Source of the DNA: Lama guanicoe | Lineage: Eukaryota | DNA: 64,000 nucleotides | Assembly: GCA_013239625.1 (NCBI GenBank) | Contig: MU054049.1 | Coordinates: 73,015-137,014 of the forward strand | Direction: 5' to 3' | Shown: positions 63,248 through 64,000 of the stretch, in pieces | How positions within the stretch are numbered: the first letter of the stretch is position 1 | Layout of the letters: each line of letters begins with the position of its first letter | The notes under the pieces: generated by a model | The model's database searches: none | The model's input: only the letters and a program-made list of their open reading frames with translations | What the model was told of the DNA's origin: nothing | Program-made: the position numbers and the translations under genes

Positions 63248-63451
63248 AAGGGCAGGCAAAAAAATTTTTTTCCTGTAAAGAGCCAGATATTACATATTTT
63301 AGACTTTGTGGGCTATATGATCTCAGCTCTGTGGAAGCAACCATAGGTAGAACGTAAATGAAGGGTCATGGCTGGGTGCCAATAAAACTTTATTTACAAA
63401 AATAAGTGGTGAGCTGGATTTGGCCCATAGGCTGGAGTTTGCCAACTCCTA
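63248..63451. mobile_element. MER58A-like hAT-Charlie element
   Basis: TTTTCCTGTAAAGAGCCAGAT...GCCAATAAAACTTTATTTACAAAAA...GGATTTGGCCCATAGGCTGGAGTTTGCCAACTCCT. Confidence 0.8.
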
Positions 63452-64000
63452 GTGTGGACATTTTCTTTCTGCCTCGGGTCTCAGCTTCATTCTCTCCTAT
63501 GAGGGGTGGAGTAGAGCGGAGATGGGTCTCAGAGCTTATGGCCAAGGAAGAAAGGCGTGATTCCCTCCCAGCCCAGTCTGAGAATCCCAGCGGAGGACTT
63601 GGGTTGGCCTGGCTCAACTCTGGATCAGTTTTGAGGGAGGACTGCAGGAGGGTTATCTGACTGGCTCCTGGTACTAGAGGGATGGGCTATTTCTCCCAGC
63701 ATGTATTGTGTGTGCTGTTTGGGATATATAAAATGATTGAGGTCCAGCACATTCTATACCCTTTGACCATCGCTCAGCTTTTGTGAAATCAGTCTTAATT
63801 TTTACTACAGCATCCTGAAAAACAAACCAAAAAACGGTTTTGAGTTTCATCATCTCTTGTTACCCATTGGGAGTTTCATTGGTCCCCAACCCCTTCCCAT
63901 CTTTGTAAATATCCTCCAGGCTGTGGTATGTCTCCCAACAGGTATTTTTTTACATCCAAAGGGACTCACAATATTGGTCTCCTGAGACCTACCTGGGTTC

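Noticed and set aside
1..64000. CRISPR arrays, rRNA, operon-like or otherwise novel multi-gene systems
   Set aside because: No regularly spaced repeat-spacer arrays, rRNA-like sequence or unexplained coding exons were seen. Three known genes plus repeats explain the window.

Overview
Mammalian genomic DNA carrying the conserved GDF10-GDF2-RBP3 cluster. It is probably camelid, judging from a Vic-1-like tRNA-Ala-derived SINE and an artiodactyl-length IRBP C-terminus. All three genes lie on the minus strand and look intact, with canonical GT-AG introns and consistent phases: RBP3/IRBP (4 coding exons, 3317-12592, 1286 aa), GDF2/BMP9 (2 exons, 25613-29322, 431 aa) and GDF10/BMP3b (3 exons, 39720-51550, 477 aa). 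The rest is intronic and intergenic DNA with L1, L2 and MIR fragments, hAT and Tigger-like DNA transposons, an LTR16/ERVL provirus remnant and an MLT1 LTR. I found no evidence for a wholly new biological system. The most notable observations are: a MULE-like DNA transposon with ~130-bp TIRs and a 9-bp TSD, interrupted by an L1; a near-perfect 119-bp tandem duplication in the GDF2 3' UTR; a Gly-to-Arg change in an IRBP module motif; strong CTCF-like motifs between and within the genes; and photoreceptor-type homeodomain elements upstream of RBP3. Repeat family names come from recalled consensus sequences, not database searches, and repeat boundaries are approximate unless a TSD is given.
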